From: Nitrososphaeraceae archaeon
GTDB taxonomy: Archaea > Thermoproteota > Nitrososphaeria > Nitrososphaerales > Nitrososphaeraceae
Direction of reading: 5' to 3'
Assembly (NCBI GenBank): GCA_035297365.1
Contig: DATGZA010000034.1
Span: 1 to 21,395 of the forward strand
Length of the DNA: 21,395 nucleotides
The position numbers were made by a program, and so were the translations under genes. Below, in pieces: positions 1 to 9,118 of this stretch (positions within the stretch are counted from its first letter, which is position 1; every line of letters starts with the position of its first letter). The notes under the pieces are model-generated. The model was not told where the DNA came from, did not search any database, and saw only the letters and a list, made by a program, of their open reading frames with translations.

Positions 1-2
1 TT

Positions 3-311
3 CCAAATATAGAATTCAAAGAATTTGATTCAATTGAAGAGATACAAAATGAAGGGGATACTCTTTACATTTTGGATTCGGTAGAAAAAATAAAAAAAGT
101 GATGGTAATAACCGATTTAGATCAGTTGGCTACAGACAAAATATATTCGGTACATGATTTTGATTTAGCTACCAACCTCAAGATCCTAAAGAAAGTAGGT
201 GTGATAAAAAACATAATTATTCTTGGCGTGCCCATGAATATTACACATAGTCAGGCATTACAAGAGATTAGAGAAAAAATTATATCCATTTCAATCTCAA
301 AAAATGACTAG
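3..311 (+). CDS. Hydrogenase maturation endopeptidase-like protein (HycI/HybD fold), 5'-truncated by the window edge
   Basis: Frame is open from base 3 (PNIEFKEFDSIEEIQNEGDTLYILDSVEKI...YSVHDFDL...IIILGVP), so the track's start at 72 is internal. ILDSV and SVHD match the Asp and S-x-H metal-ligand motifs of HybD/HycI proteases. Adjacent to a [NiFe] large subunit. Confidence 0.7.
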   Translation, partial: PNIEFKEFDSIEEIQNEGDTLYILDSVEKIKKVMVITDLDQLATDKIYSVHDFDLATNLKILKKVGVIKNIIILGVPMNITHSQALQEIREKIISISISKND

Positions 312-1557
312 CACAACTCATACACGGATCATATGCCCTTATTATTTTTTCAAGCTCATGATAAATAAAGTGTTTATCTTTGTCTAAAATGTTAGGTAAA
401 AGATTTTTTATATCGTTTTCCATCTTAATTTGATTTTGTGCTGTTGGTATTACAAAGTTAGCAAATTGTACTTTTCCTTCTCTGTTAAGTTCAACCATAT
501 GATACAATGTACCCCGAGGAGCCTCTATTACTCCAACTCCTTTACCTTCTCTTGTTTTAATTTCTGGTGCTTGCTCCGGGTTAAATTCATTTTCTTCAAG
601 AATTTGAATTGTATGATCTATACAATGTAAAATTTCAATAGATTGTGCAAGGTTATTATGATAAATATTGTTTGATGGAAAGACTTTAAGGATTTCAGAT
701 AAATCTTTTTTTGAATCCTTATGAATAGATTCTCTATTCAAGTTCAACCTAGCCAAAGCTCCTACCATGTATTCTTTGTCCCTGAATCTAAATCCAGTAG
801 CCTGAGAATATGGAATAATAATTCTTTCTAGGTGATTCCAATATTCATCTTCTTTTATTTTCATTCCATCTGAAGAAGCGATTTCACCCTCCAAAAAACT
901 AAAATCCTCTGTAACTAAAGATACGAAAATGGACTCTCTACTAAGGTCAAAATTGCATTCATAAAATATTTTTATGAGTTCAAGAACCGTATCCCTAGTT
1001 TCTTTAAATTGTGACAACAATTCTTTCAAATTTTCTTTTGAAGGTAGATGAGAAAACTGTCCAACCTTTTCAAATGTGGGGTGAACAGCCCTTCCAGCAA
1101 CTATTTTCGAAAGATTATTTCCAAGACTTTTTACACTGAAACCTTGTTTGATTAGATAATTTTTTGAATCGTCAAAATCAAATACGGAATCGGTGTTAAA
1201 GACATCAGGAAGACAGAAGAAGTACAAATGTAAAGCGTGATCCCTTATCATCATCCCATATACAGATAACTTTCTTAATAATTCAGTTTGTTTTGTTGTT
1301 GTGATTTGGAGACATTTTTCAATTGATTCAATGCTACAAGTTAAGTGTGCTATGCTACATGTACCACATATCCTAGAAACAAATTGTGGAACACTAGAAT
1401 AATGTCTATTTCGTACTGCTTGTGTATAAAATCTTTTATTTTCATTTATCTTTAATTTGACATCTTCTACTTTACCGTTCCTAATTTTTACTTCAATGTC
1501 TGCATGACCTTCTGTTTTGCTTATTTGTTCTATATTGATATCGAAACTATCATGCAT
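280..1557 (-). CDS. [NiFe]-hydrogenase large subunit, group 3 (3b-like)
   Basis: L1 RICGTCSIAH, L2 YDPCMSCASH plus a 7-aa tail (FLRLKWI); also KTEGH (proton-transfer Glu), GRAVHP, EAPRGTLYH and PTAQN. 425 aa, typical of cytosolic group 3b/HydA. Confidence 0.95.
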   Translation of the reverse strand: MHDSFDINIEQISKTEGHADIEVKIRNGKVEDVKLKINENKRFYTQAVRNRHYSSVPQFVSRICGTCSIAHLTCSIESIEKCLQITTTKQTELLRKLSVYGMMIRDHALHLYFFCLPDVFNTDSVFDFDDSKNYLIKQGFSVKSLGNNLSKIVAGRAVHPTFEKVGQFSHLPSKENLKELLSQFKETRDTVLELIKIFYECNFDLSRESIFVSLVTEDFSFLEGEIASSDGMKIKEDEYWNHLERIIIPYSQATGFRFRDKEYMVGALARLNLNRESIHKDSKKDLSEILKVFPSNNIYHNNLAQSIEILHCIDHTIQILEENEFNPEQAPEIKTREGKGVGVIEAPRGTLYHMVELNREGKVQFANFVIPTAQNQIKMENDIKNLLPNILDKDKHFIYHELEKIIRAYDPCMSCASHFLRLKWI

Positions 1558-2029
1558 TTACAAGACCAAATTCCTTTAGATAACTATCTAATTTTGATAA
1601 AAATAATCTTTCATCCATTGGACATCCTGAAATGAAATCGTCAACATTTACAAATTCTGAAATCGGTGATACTTTGCTTCTATGTCCAAATTGGACTAAA
1701 ATAGGGAAAATCTCATTTTTTGTTGAATCATCAAAGAAATTTCTTTGATTAGCTGGACTTCCTGTACATGCACAACTTCCTATTGCAATTAATTTTTTTG
1801 AATTCTTCCTTATCTCTTTAAGAAATTCAAGCTCTTTGTCATTTGAAATTGCTCCTTCTACAAAAGCCAAATCTAAATTAGTAAAATCGTTTTTCCCTTT
1901 TAAAGTTCTAAAATATTTAAATTCCAATAGATCTTTCCACTTGAAAAAATTATCATTCATTAATTCTATGAATACTATCGTACTGTCTTCGCAACATGTA
2001 AAGGAAAACCAGCCAGTTTTAAGTTTCAT
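1550..2029 (-). CDS. [NiFe]-hydrogenase small subunit, minimal (proximal Fe-S domain only, NuoB/HoxY-like)
   Basis: Motifs TCCEDS, FVEGAI, IAIGSCACTG and ISGCP. ATG at 2029 (159 aa) is preferred over TTG at 2086 because TTTAAATA lies 26-33 nt upstream. Overlaps the large-subunit start by 8 bp. Confidence 0.9.
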   Translation of the reverse strand: MKLKTGWFSFTCCEDSTIVFIELMNDNFFKWKDLLEFKYFRTLKGKNDFTNLDLAFVEGAISNDKELEFLKEIRKNSKKLIAIGSCACTGSPANQRNFFDDSTKNEIFPILVQFGHRSKVSPISEFVNVDDFISGCPMDERLFLSKLDSYLKEFGLVNA

Positions 2030-2054
2030 TGACACATTAGCAATAATGCTATCG

Positions 2055-2062
2055 TATTTAAA
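2055..2062 (-). promoter_or_regulatory. Archaeal TATA box (TTTAAATA) for the hydrogenase small/large operon
   Basis: TTTAAATA at -33..-26 from ATG 2029. The same octamer sits at similar spacing before the 14998 and 18111 starts. Confidence 0.55.
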
Positions 2063-2256
2063 ATAGTTCACCTTTTTGATTCCCAATTTTCATTTTAAAA
2101 TACTGGTTTTGAAAATTATATTAGAGCATTTTATTATTTGGATTACGTTTGTTATTTTATTAATTTCTAAAAATCGAATAACAGCATAAAGGTCACCAAC
2201 AAGAAAATTATCTTTTTCCAAAGAAATTTGAAACAGTTCTACATACCATAACAACA

Positions 2257-3312
2257 ATGGAAGAAAAGAGAATAAGTCTTGCACACGGAGCAGGAGGTGT
2301 GATTATGAATAACATGATTAAAAAGCAAATCTTGAAATACTTTAGTTTAAACCATCATGAGGTTTCATTAAATTGTCTAGACGATGCCGGTATAACTGAA
2401 GGTATCGTTTTTACTACAGATTCTTATACAGTAAAACCAATTTTTTTTCGTGGAGGCAATATTGGGGTAATGTCAGTTGCGGGAACCGTAAACGATATTG
2501 CAGTAATGGGTGGAGAACCATTAGTACTATCATGCAGTATGATAATTGAAGAAGGCTTCTCAATTGAGGAGTTAGATGTAATTATGAAGAGCATTCAAGA
2601 AACATGCATTAAAGCTGATGTGGATATCATTACAGGAGACACCAAAGTTCTAGAAAGAAATGCTTTGGATAAGCTAATTATTAATACTTCTGGTGTTGGT
2701 AAAAAAAGTCAATATTTAGAAAAAAATCTAAAAATTGTAAAAAGATACAGGCCCAACTTTAATTCTGATTGGTTACTTGATTCAAATATTCAGAAGGGCT
2801 ACAAAATAATAATTTCAGGAACACTAGGTGATCATGGGGTTGCTATAATGTCTGCAAGAAATGAATATGGTTTAGAGAGTCAAGTTGAATCAGATGTTGC
2901 ACCATTAAATAATTTGATTAAAAAAGGGCTTGATGTAGGAGGTATAGTAAGCATAAAGGATCCTACGCGTGGAGGACTTGCAAATCTTTTAAATGAATGG
3001 TCAGAGAAATCAAAAACTGGTTTTATAATTCTTGAAAAAGATATTCCCGTTAAAGAAAGCGTAAGAAGTGCATTGGGATTTCTTGGACTTGATGTGTTAG
3101 AAATAGGAAATGAAGGAAAAATTTGTCTAGCGGTAATACCGGAAAAAGCAGAAGAAATACTAGGTATCTTGAGGGAAACACCAGAAGGTAAGGATGCGAT
3201 GATAATTGGAGAGGCAACAGATGAATTTGATTTACCGATCTTGGAAACTCAGATAGGCGGTAGAAGAATCCTTGCAAAACCTGCAGGAGATCCTATTCCC
3301 AGAATATGCTAG
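2257..3312 (+). CDS. hypE: Hydrogenase maturation protein HypE (carbamoyl dehydratase)
   Basis: LAHGAGG, FTTDSYTVKPIFF, GTVNDIAVMG, TGDTKV, DPTRGGL and C-terminal PRIC. Confidence 0.97.
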   Translation: MEEKRISLAHGAGGVIMNNMIKKQILKYFSLNHHEVSLNCLDDAGITEGIVFTTDSYTVKPIFFRGGNIGVMSVAGTVNDIAVMGGEPLVLSCSMIIEEGFSIEELDVIMKSIQETCIKADVDIITGDTKVLERNALDKLIINTSGVGKKSQYLEKNLKIVKRYRPNFNSDWLLDSNIQKGYKIIISGTLGDHGVAIMSARNEYGLESQVESDVAPLNNLIKKGLDVGGIVSIKDPTRGGLANLLNEWSEKSKTGFIILEKDIPVKESVRSALGFLGLDVLEIGNEGKICLAVIPEKAEEILGILRETPEGKDAMIIGEATDEFDLPILETQIGGRRILAKPAGDPIPRIC

Positions 3313-3322
3313 GTGATATCGT

Positions 3323-3592
3323 ATGTTTAGAGGAGTTGAAGATCGTGTCAACAAAAAATTAATATGTAAAGTTTGTGGATATATCGAATATAATTTTCCA
3401 AAACATCACGAAATCGCTATGAGATGGATTACAACTGGTAGTTTTAATAAAGAAGAACTTTTGAAATGTCAAAAATGTGAGTATTCAATACCAATCTTAA
3501 TACATTGTAACGTGTCAATGTTTTATTCTGAAGGTGATTATCTTGATTTACCTGAGTTTACAAAAAAAGATTATCAAGATATAGACAAATAA
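3323..3592 (+). CDS. Small metal-binding protein with two tandem CxxC...H(H/C)xxxM fingers
   Basis: CKVC...PKHHEIAM and CQKC...IHCNVSM. AGGTGA Shine-Dalgarno overlaps the hypE stop; 10-bp gap. Confidence 0.75.
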   Translation: MFRGVEDRVNKKLICKVCGYIEYNFPKHHEIAMRWITTGSFNKEELLKCQKCEYSIPILIHCNVSMFYSEGDYLDLPEFTKKDYQDIDK

Positions 3593-3599
3593 AGAGATT

Positions 3600-3965
3600 A
3601 TGTTGTCATTTTTCTGGCATTTAAAATTTGCTGTTCATATGTTTGAGATTGCTAAATCTGAATTGAATAAAAATAATTATGTAATAGCTAATGCAGTCAT
3701 TAAAACTTTTACAGAGATAATAGATGCCTATCTATCGAAGGCGAATATTATTATTGATGAAGCAAGTCTAGATGGTTGGAAAGAAAGAATCCATTGGATG
3801 AAAGAAAATAATCATGAATTATTAAATGAATGGAAAATGGTGAATTCTCTTTGTTTTAAGATACAGAGAGAAAAATATGACAACAACGTTGCAATAAAAT
3901 TAATAGAAATAGTTCAAAATAGACTAAATAAGATTAGATCAGATGACTATCGTGATTACTTTTAA
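3600..3965 (+). CDS. Hypothetical all-helical protein, HEPN/PaREP1-like
   Basis: 7 bp after the previous gene. Pattern A-x2-EL-x3-NY-x2-A...EIIDAYL resembles the first two HEPN helices. No clear Rx4-6H RNase motif. Confidence 0.55.
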   Translation: MLSFFWHLKFAVHMFEIAKSELNKNNYVIANAVIKTFTEIIDAYLSKANIIIDEASLDGWKERIHWMKENNHELLNEWKMVNSLCFKIQREKYDNNVAIKLIEIVQNRLNKIRSDDYRDYF

Positions 3966-3975
3966 ATTGATTGAT

Positions 3976-4629
3976 TTATTTGGTCAACTTTTTAACTACA
4001 AGGCATTTTGCCCATTCCTCGCATAAATCAACTGCAAATCTTGCTTCATGAATGCATCTGCCAACACCTATAACTCCATGGTTCAATAATATTATTACTC
4101 CAAATGGAACTACACAATCAAATTTACTTGCCTTACCCACCAAATTTCCTAATCCCTTAGACCCGAGTTGTTTGTACTCTACTATCAAGGGATTATCATG
4201 TAATACTTTTGGAAAAGCGATGGATGGTTTTTCCGCTAATTTCCATATACCTTCATGATCTATATTCAATAGTTTGGAAGACAGAAAATATCCTGATGTA
4301 TAGGGATTATGAACGTGACATACTGCATTAATATCCGATCTGTTTTTATATATTTCAGTGTGAAAAGGAACTTCGATAGTTGGTTTAAGGTTTCCCTTCA
4401 AAACGTTTCCATCTAAGTCGATTAATAATAGATCGTCTGAAGTTATATGTGATCTTGGATATCCTGATGGGGTGATCCAAATTTGATTATCTAACTTTGA
4501 ACGAAAACTATGGTTTCCACCACCAACCGAAACCAACCCATTGGAAAAAAAATACTTTATAGTAGAGATTAATTCATTTTTAAAGATATCTTCGTCATAT
4601 ACTTTACAAATATCACAAAACATCTTCAT
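3976..4629 (-). CDS. Class II aldolase/adducin family protein (FucA/AraD/MtnB-like)
   Basis: GGNHS, ITPSG, KPTIEVPFH, HVHNPY and LLNHG Zn/phosphate motifs. Confidence 0.9.
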   Translation of the reverse strand: MKMFCDICKVYDEDIFKNELISTIKYFFSNGLVSVGGGNHSFRSKLDNQIWITPSGYPRSHITSDDLLLIDLDGNVLKGNLKPTIEVPFHTEIYKNRSDINAVCHVHNPYTSGYFLSSKLLNIDHEGIWKLAEKPSIAFPKVLHDNPLIVEYKQLGSKGLGNLVGKASKFDCVVPFGVIILLNHGVIGVGRCIHEARFAVDLCEEWAKCLVVKKLTK

Positions 4630-4925
4630 TCGTAATACATCATTCTTTTAATTTTAACTTAAATGTTAGGAAAGATAGGTATTTCCTAAAATTAAATAAT
4701 GATATATTTGAAATACCATTTTATTATAAAAACTAGGATAGTATATATAAAAATGGGCTGTATTCTTACTCACTAGTGGATAGATAGATTGACCTGTTCG
4801 GTTTCTGCACTCATAGATTTCATATTGTACCTAAAGATCGTTTCTTACTAATTGTGTTACTATAGTAGATTCAAAATGTTGAAGAATGAAGAGAGATGAG
4901 ATGCGAATAACCCGAAAGAGAATTA

Positions 4926-5321
4926 TTAATTTATAAAATTCTCTTTTTCTTTTTGAATTAAAGGAATAATTTTTTTCATTATTATTTCATCAAAATTACT
5001 TTCCTCAAAATTTATAGTTAAAAATAGATAATAATTTTCATTGATTGGGATTATAGATCTGCCTAACTTTTCATATTTTCCAAATGCATATGTTAATTTT
5101 CCTATTTTTGGTTCAAATTTTAATCTTGATTTATGTCTAATTATGGCATTAACTGCAGATTCATGCATCTCTTCTTTAGAGAGGAATGGTTTTAATCCTT
5201 CTCTATATCGTTCATTTATAATATCACCGTTTTGATTGATTATGCTAACCCATCTTATAGACTGGTCACAACTGATTATATTTTCAATAAAAATAGAATG
5301 AAATTCATTATTTAATACCAT
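4926..5321 (-). CDS. DUF6659-type (roadblock/longin-like) protein typical of Thaumarchaeota
   Basis: IRWVSIINQNG...REGLKPFLSKEE...IGKLTYAFGKYEKL pattern recognised from this expanded family. Confidence 0.75.
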   Translation of the reverse strand: MVLNNEFHSIFIENIISCDQSIRWVSIINQNGDIINERYREGLKPFLSKEEMHESAVNAIIRHKSRLKFEPKIGKLTYAFGKYEKLGRSIIPINENYYLFLTINFEESNFDEIIMKKIIPLIQKEKENFIN

Positions 5322-6517
5322 TTCTTAGTTAGGTAATTTTTTTAATCGTAATAAAAAAGTTATGAATGAGTATTATCATGAATAATAAATTCTTTCACGA
5401 CCCATTAATCTATTACTCTAGCAACATTATTACTACCAGCAATAATATGAGTCGCAGAAGATTTTTTTGTCTTGCTTGATTGGTTAGTGTATCGTATTTG
5501 CTTCTTTTTATAGATATGCAAGAACAAGGATTATTCTGCGGTAAATAAATAAATGAATTACAGCAAACATTCTGGGTATTTTTTCCTTTCTTCGTCTATC
5601 TTTTTATTTATTTACTACCGTTAAAATACTTATTATTATTTTGTTCTTGAAAGTAATCCACCAAATGGGCTTGAAGATTCTCCATAGGTTATGTTATATA
5701 CTTCTTTTTTTCTCTCTGCATTAGATTTATTAAGGTTAGTGCCGCAAAAATACATTATAGAGATTTTAGTGGTAATTATAATATACCATTACAGGCATTT
5801 AAGTGTTTGTATTTAAGTGTTCAACAATAGAGAACTTTTTTGTGTTGTATTCAAATTTTGACTATAAAATAATTAAAAAATACCTATACTATAAAACGGG
5901 AATTGCAACTATTATACTTATATTGTTTAATTTCTTTTATTCAGTTAATTAATTATTTTATTAATTATTAGTATGTTATTTTTCCTTCATTATTTTGTTC
6001 ATAGAGATCTACATCTGATTATAATCTTATGATAAGTACTGGTATAATTTCTATGTATCTACAAGTACAACTTTTACTAATCATCTTATCGATTTTATTC
6101 ATGAAAAATTACCAATCACAAGAGTAGCTTTAATATATAGCAAATAATGAATAGTTCTTTAAGTATATAGAAATTCTTATATAAGAATGAACTACAAAAA
6201 CAGTACACCAGGTTAGGATTAAAAACTTGTATACGACTGTTAGATATTTTTAAACAATTTTGAAAAAAATGGTTTCCAAGAATTAACATAGTCTAAAGTC
6301 TTGTGTGTGCTCCACGTATGAATGATAAAAATATTTAACATAAATTTATGTCAGCAATTTTATTGATTCTTTCTCTGTTTTAACTTACTGTACCTCTGAT
6401 TAAGGACCCGATTGCTCTTTATCCTTCAAGTTGCCATGTATAAATATTTGAGAATTATATCCATGTTACACTCTGGAAAATAATCCGATTAAATAATAAA
6501 GAGGCCTTTCTTTCTAT

Positions 6518-7693
6518 TTGGTTATATCAAAAATGGACTTCATGAGTAATTTAAAGAATACAGCTGTAAATGAATTGTTAGAAAAGCCGATTCTTGCAGA
6601 TGAAAAAGATTCTATTTCCACGATAATAAACACACTTATCGAAAATAATGCCTACGATGTATTTGTAGATCTGTCTGGAAAGGTAGTCGGATACAATGTT
6701 CGTGATATCTTGGGAGTTAGGGATATCGCTTCTTCAAAACTTTCTGCCATTGGAAAGATGATCCCTACTTTATCTCCAACTAGTAAAATTTCTGAAGCAG
6801 CTAGAATATTGAGTTTGTATAGACGCAGGGCACTCCCAATAGTAGATAAAGAACATATCGTCGGTCAAATATCTGCAAAGAAAATTGTGCAGAAGATAGA
6901 CGAATATATGAAAAATGAGAAAAGTATGGAATTTCCTGCGTCAGAGCTAATGTCAGGAAATCCGATTGTAATATCCAGTAAGGATACAGTATCTTCTGCA
7001 AGGACAATTATGAGAAGGAGACGGATAGATCATTTGCCAGTAATTAGTAGTGAAAAGCTCTCTGGGATTATAACTTCAACGGATATTATGGTAACAATGT
7101 TACCTTCAGAAAGGATAGGTAGAAGAACCCTAGGAGTAGATGCAGGTAAGTCAAGATTTGATATGTCGGTATCTGGAATAACTAATAAAGATGTTATAAC
7201 GGCAGATATCACTGATAAAATTAAAACTGTGATCTATTTAATGACCAAAACTGATTCTACTTATTGTATTATGAAAGTCTCTGATGAAGTTCAAGGCATA
7301 ATTACTTATAGTGACGTTATTTCCTTACTTCAGGAAGAAGAAAAGTTTGAAAGTATTCCTATTTTTCTTATGGGGCTGCCAGATGATCCTTTTGAAGCGG
7401 AGCTAGCCAAATCCAAATTCAAAAATATAGTTCAATACATGAAAAAGGTTTATCCGGATATAGAACAAGCAAAATGTCGTATCAAAATGAGAGAGACTCC
7501 TTCTCCGAGAAAACGATATGAAGTTACGATAAACATTATGTCAACACATTCTAGTTACCACTACTCTGACATAGGCTGGGATCTTAAAAATATTTTTGAT
7601 CAAATAAGTAATGCTATGAAGAAAAAAGTTGCGCAGAGAAGTAAACGGACACAAAGGAATACTATGAGAAGAGTGGAGATTCCACAAGAGTAG
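6518..7693 (+). CDS. Four-CBS-domain protein fused to a C-terminal HPF/RaiA-like domain (candidate ribosome hibernation factor)
   Basis: CBS motifs (RALPIVD...GQISAK; DHLPVI...GIITSTD; VQGIITYSD). From about 7355, a beta-alpha-beta-beta-beta-alpha pattern with RYEVTINI and GWDLKNIFDQI, then a basic tail. The start could be ATG 6533 or 6542. Confidence 0.8.
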   Translation: MVISKMDFMSNLKNTAVNELLEKPILADEKDSISTIINTLIENNAYDVFVDLSGKVVGYNVRDILGVRDIASSKLSAIGKMIPTLSPTSKISEAARILSLYRRRALPIVDKEHIVGQISAKKIVQKIDEYMKNEKSMEFPASELMSGNPIVISSKDTVSSARTIMRRRRIDHLPVISSEKLSGIITSTDIMVTMLPSERIGRRTLGVDAGKSRFDMSVSGITNKDVITADITDKIKTVIYLMTKTDSTYCIMKVSDEVQGIITYSDVISLLQEEEKFESIPIFLMGLPDDPFEAELAKSKFKNIVQYMKKVYPDIEQAKCRIKMRETPSPRKRYEVTINIMSTHSSYHYSDIGWDLKNIFDQISNAMKKKVAQRSKRTQRNTMRRVEIPQE

Positions 7694-9118
7694 GTACACG
7701 CAGGCTACCAAGTTCTACATGAAAATTATAGAATGAGATTGATAGCAGAAAGAACACAGATTTGTACATGATGAAGCGTAATATTATAAAATCGTCGTGG
7801 ACATTATTTTACTGACTACATGAGGATAGAAATTGGGATTTTAAGAGCCTAAAACATATCATTCCCTTGATAGTAAACGCATCAGTATGCAGGCTGTTTT
7901 GAGTGTACTAATACATCTTCCTAGGTATTTTCGAAATTCTTGGTCAAGTAGAGGATTGAGATTCCCATCTGATTAATTAACGAAAATTTTCAAGATAAAT
8001 ATATTATACAAATGACTATCGATGGCATATTTGATCATTCTTATCAATTTCATGTGTAATCCCTGAATTTCTGTTTTGTTAAATTGTTATGGGTATCTCC
8101 ATGCATTCGTTTATCAATATTCTTGACGCAATACATTTCTAAATCAAGTCGGAAGAATGTTGAATTTTTCGTCAACTGTTTGCATAAATGCCTTGACATT
8201 TCAAGTACCTAACACAATTCCCATGCCTGTTGCAAATCCGGTGCTAACCGTTGTTAGAAAGAACTTTTCAAACGTATTAGCTTTTGCAGGTGAAGATGAA
8301 CTTTTATCTCTCCTTATCCTTATGATAGTTTATCTTTTTCTTTTTTTCACTACACTTTTTATATGGTTTTTCAAGCTTTTAAAAATTGCACGGATCTGTT
8401 TATTGATAGGAAAATATTATTATTAATTAAATCTGATAACACATAAAAATGTAAATATTAATTAGTTTCGTCAATTATTTACAGGTTTAAATAGAAAATA
8501 CTGTAAAAATTTAATAAACAGTAATATATAAAATTATTGTTGTCCTAAAATATTAAGACATTAGGTTTAAGATTACCTGAAGGTGAGAATAACTATCCTG
8601 TGCAAATTTCAAATTATTTACACAAGTAGTTAACGTACGATGTGATCTCAAAAAAGAACGAACAAATGAACCCGCCGAACACGTCTAGTTAACTATATGA
8701 CATCTGAAAATTTTCCTGTAAGACATAGATTATAATCAGGGAATAAAACAAATACAATATTAACATAAAAAGAAAAAAAGAATAACAAAAATAACCAGGT
8801 CCGATATGAACTAATAATGCAACAAAACATCCGCTGGATAAAAAAATTTTGCATATTGCCTATTAAACACAGAAATAACTAAAAGCGTGTATCAGAATAT
8901 CCCACATTCTAGCATTCCTTGTGAATTAAGGCATGACAAGCAGATACAGCTGTAACATTTAATAAAGAATGAGGGTCGATCAGATCGAATTTTACAAAAT
9001 ATCTATTAAATTGAAAATATGGTTTATTCTTTTATTTTTGTTTAGGCGTTAGAAATGAAAAAGATCTACATTATTAACCTGATTGTCAGATAGAATCTGA
9101 ACAAGTAGAGAAGAGTAG

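Noticed and set aside
280-330. Selenocysteine ([NiFeSe]) recoding in the large subunit
   Set aside because: Both L2 ligands are ordinary TGT Cys codons (DPCMSC), with no in-frame TGA.
430-4258. Short ORFs 430-630, 1836-2066, 2090-2284, 3050-3277 and 4052-4258
   Set aside because: Antisense shadows of, or overlaps with, well-supported genes; no motifs.
5322-6517. 1.2-kb spacer examined for a CRISPR array, ncRNA or small genes
   Set aside because: No regularly spaced repeats or GC-rich stems, and only short motif-less ORFs; long spacers are common in Nitrososphaeraceae.
8144-8426. 89-aa + ORF (8157-8426) and an antisense fragment ...FLTTVSTGFATGMGIVLGT*NVKAFMQ...
   Set aside because: The + ORF has no recognisable motif. 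The minus frame looks more protein-like (Gly-rich helix) but has an internal stop and no clear start, so neither can be supported without a search.
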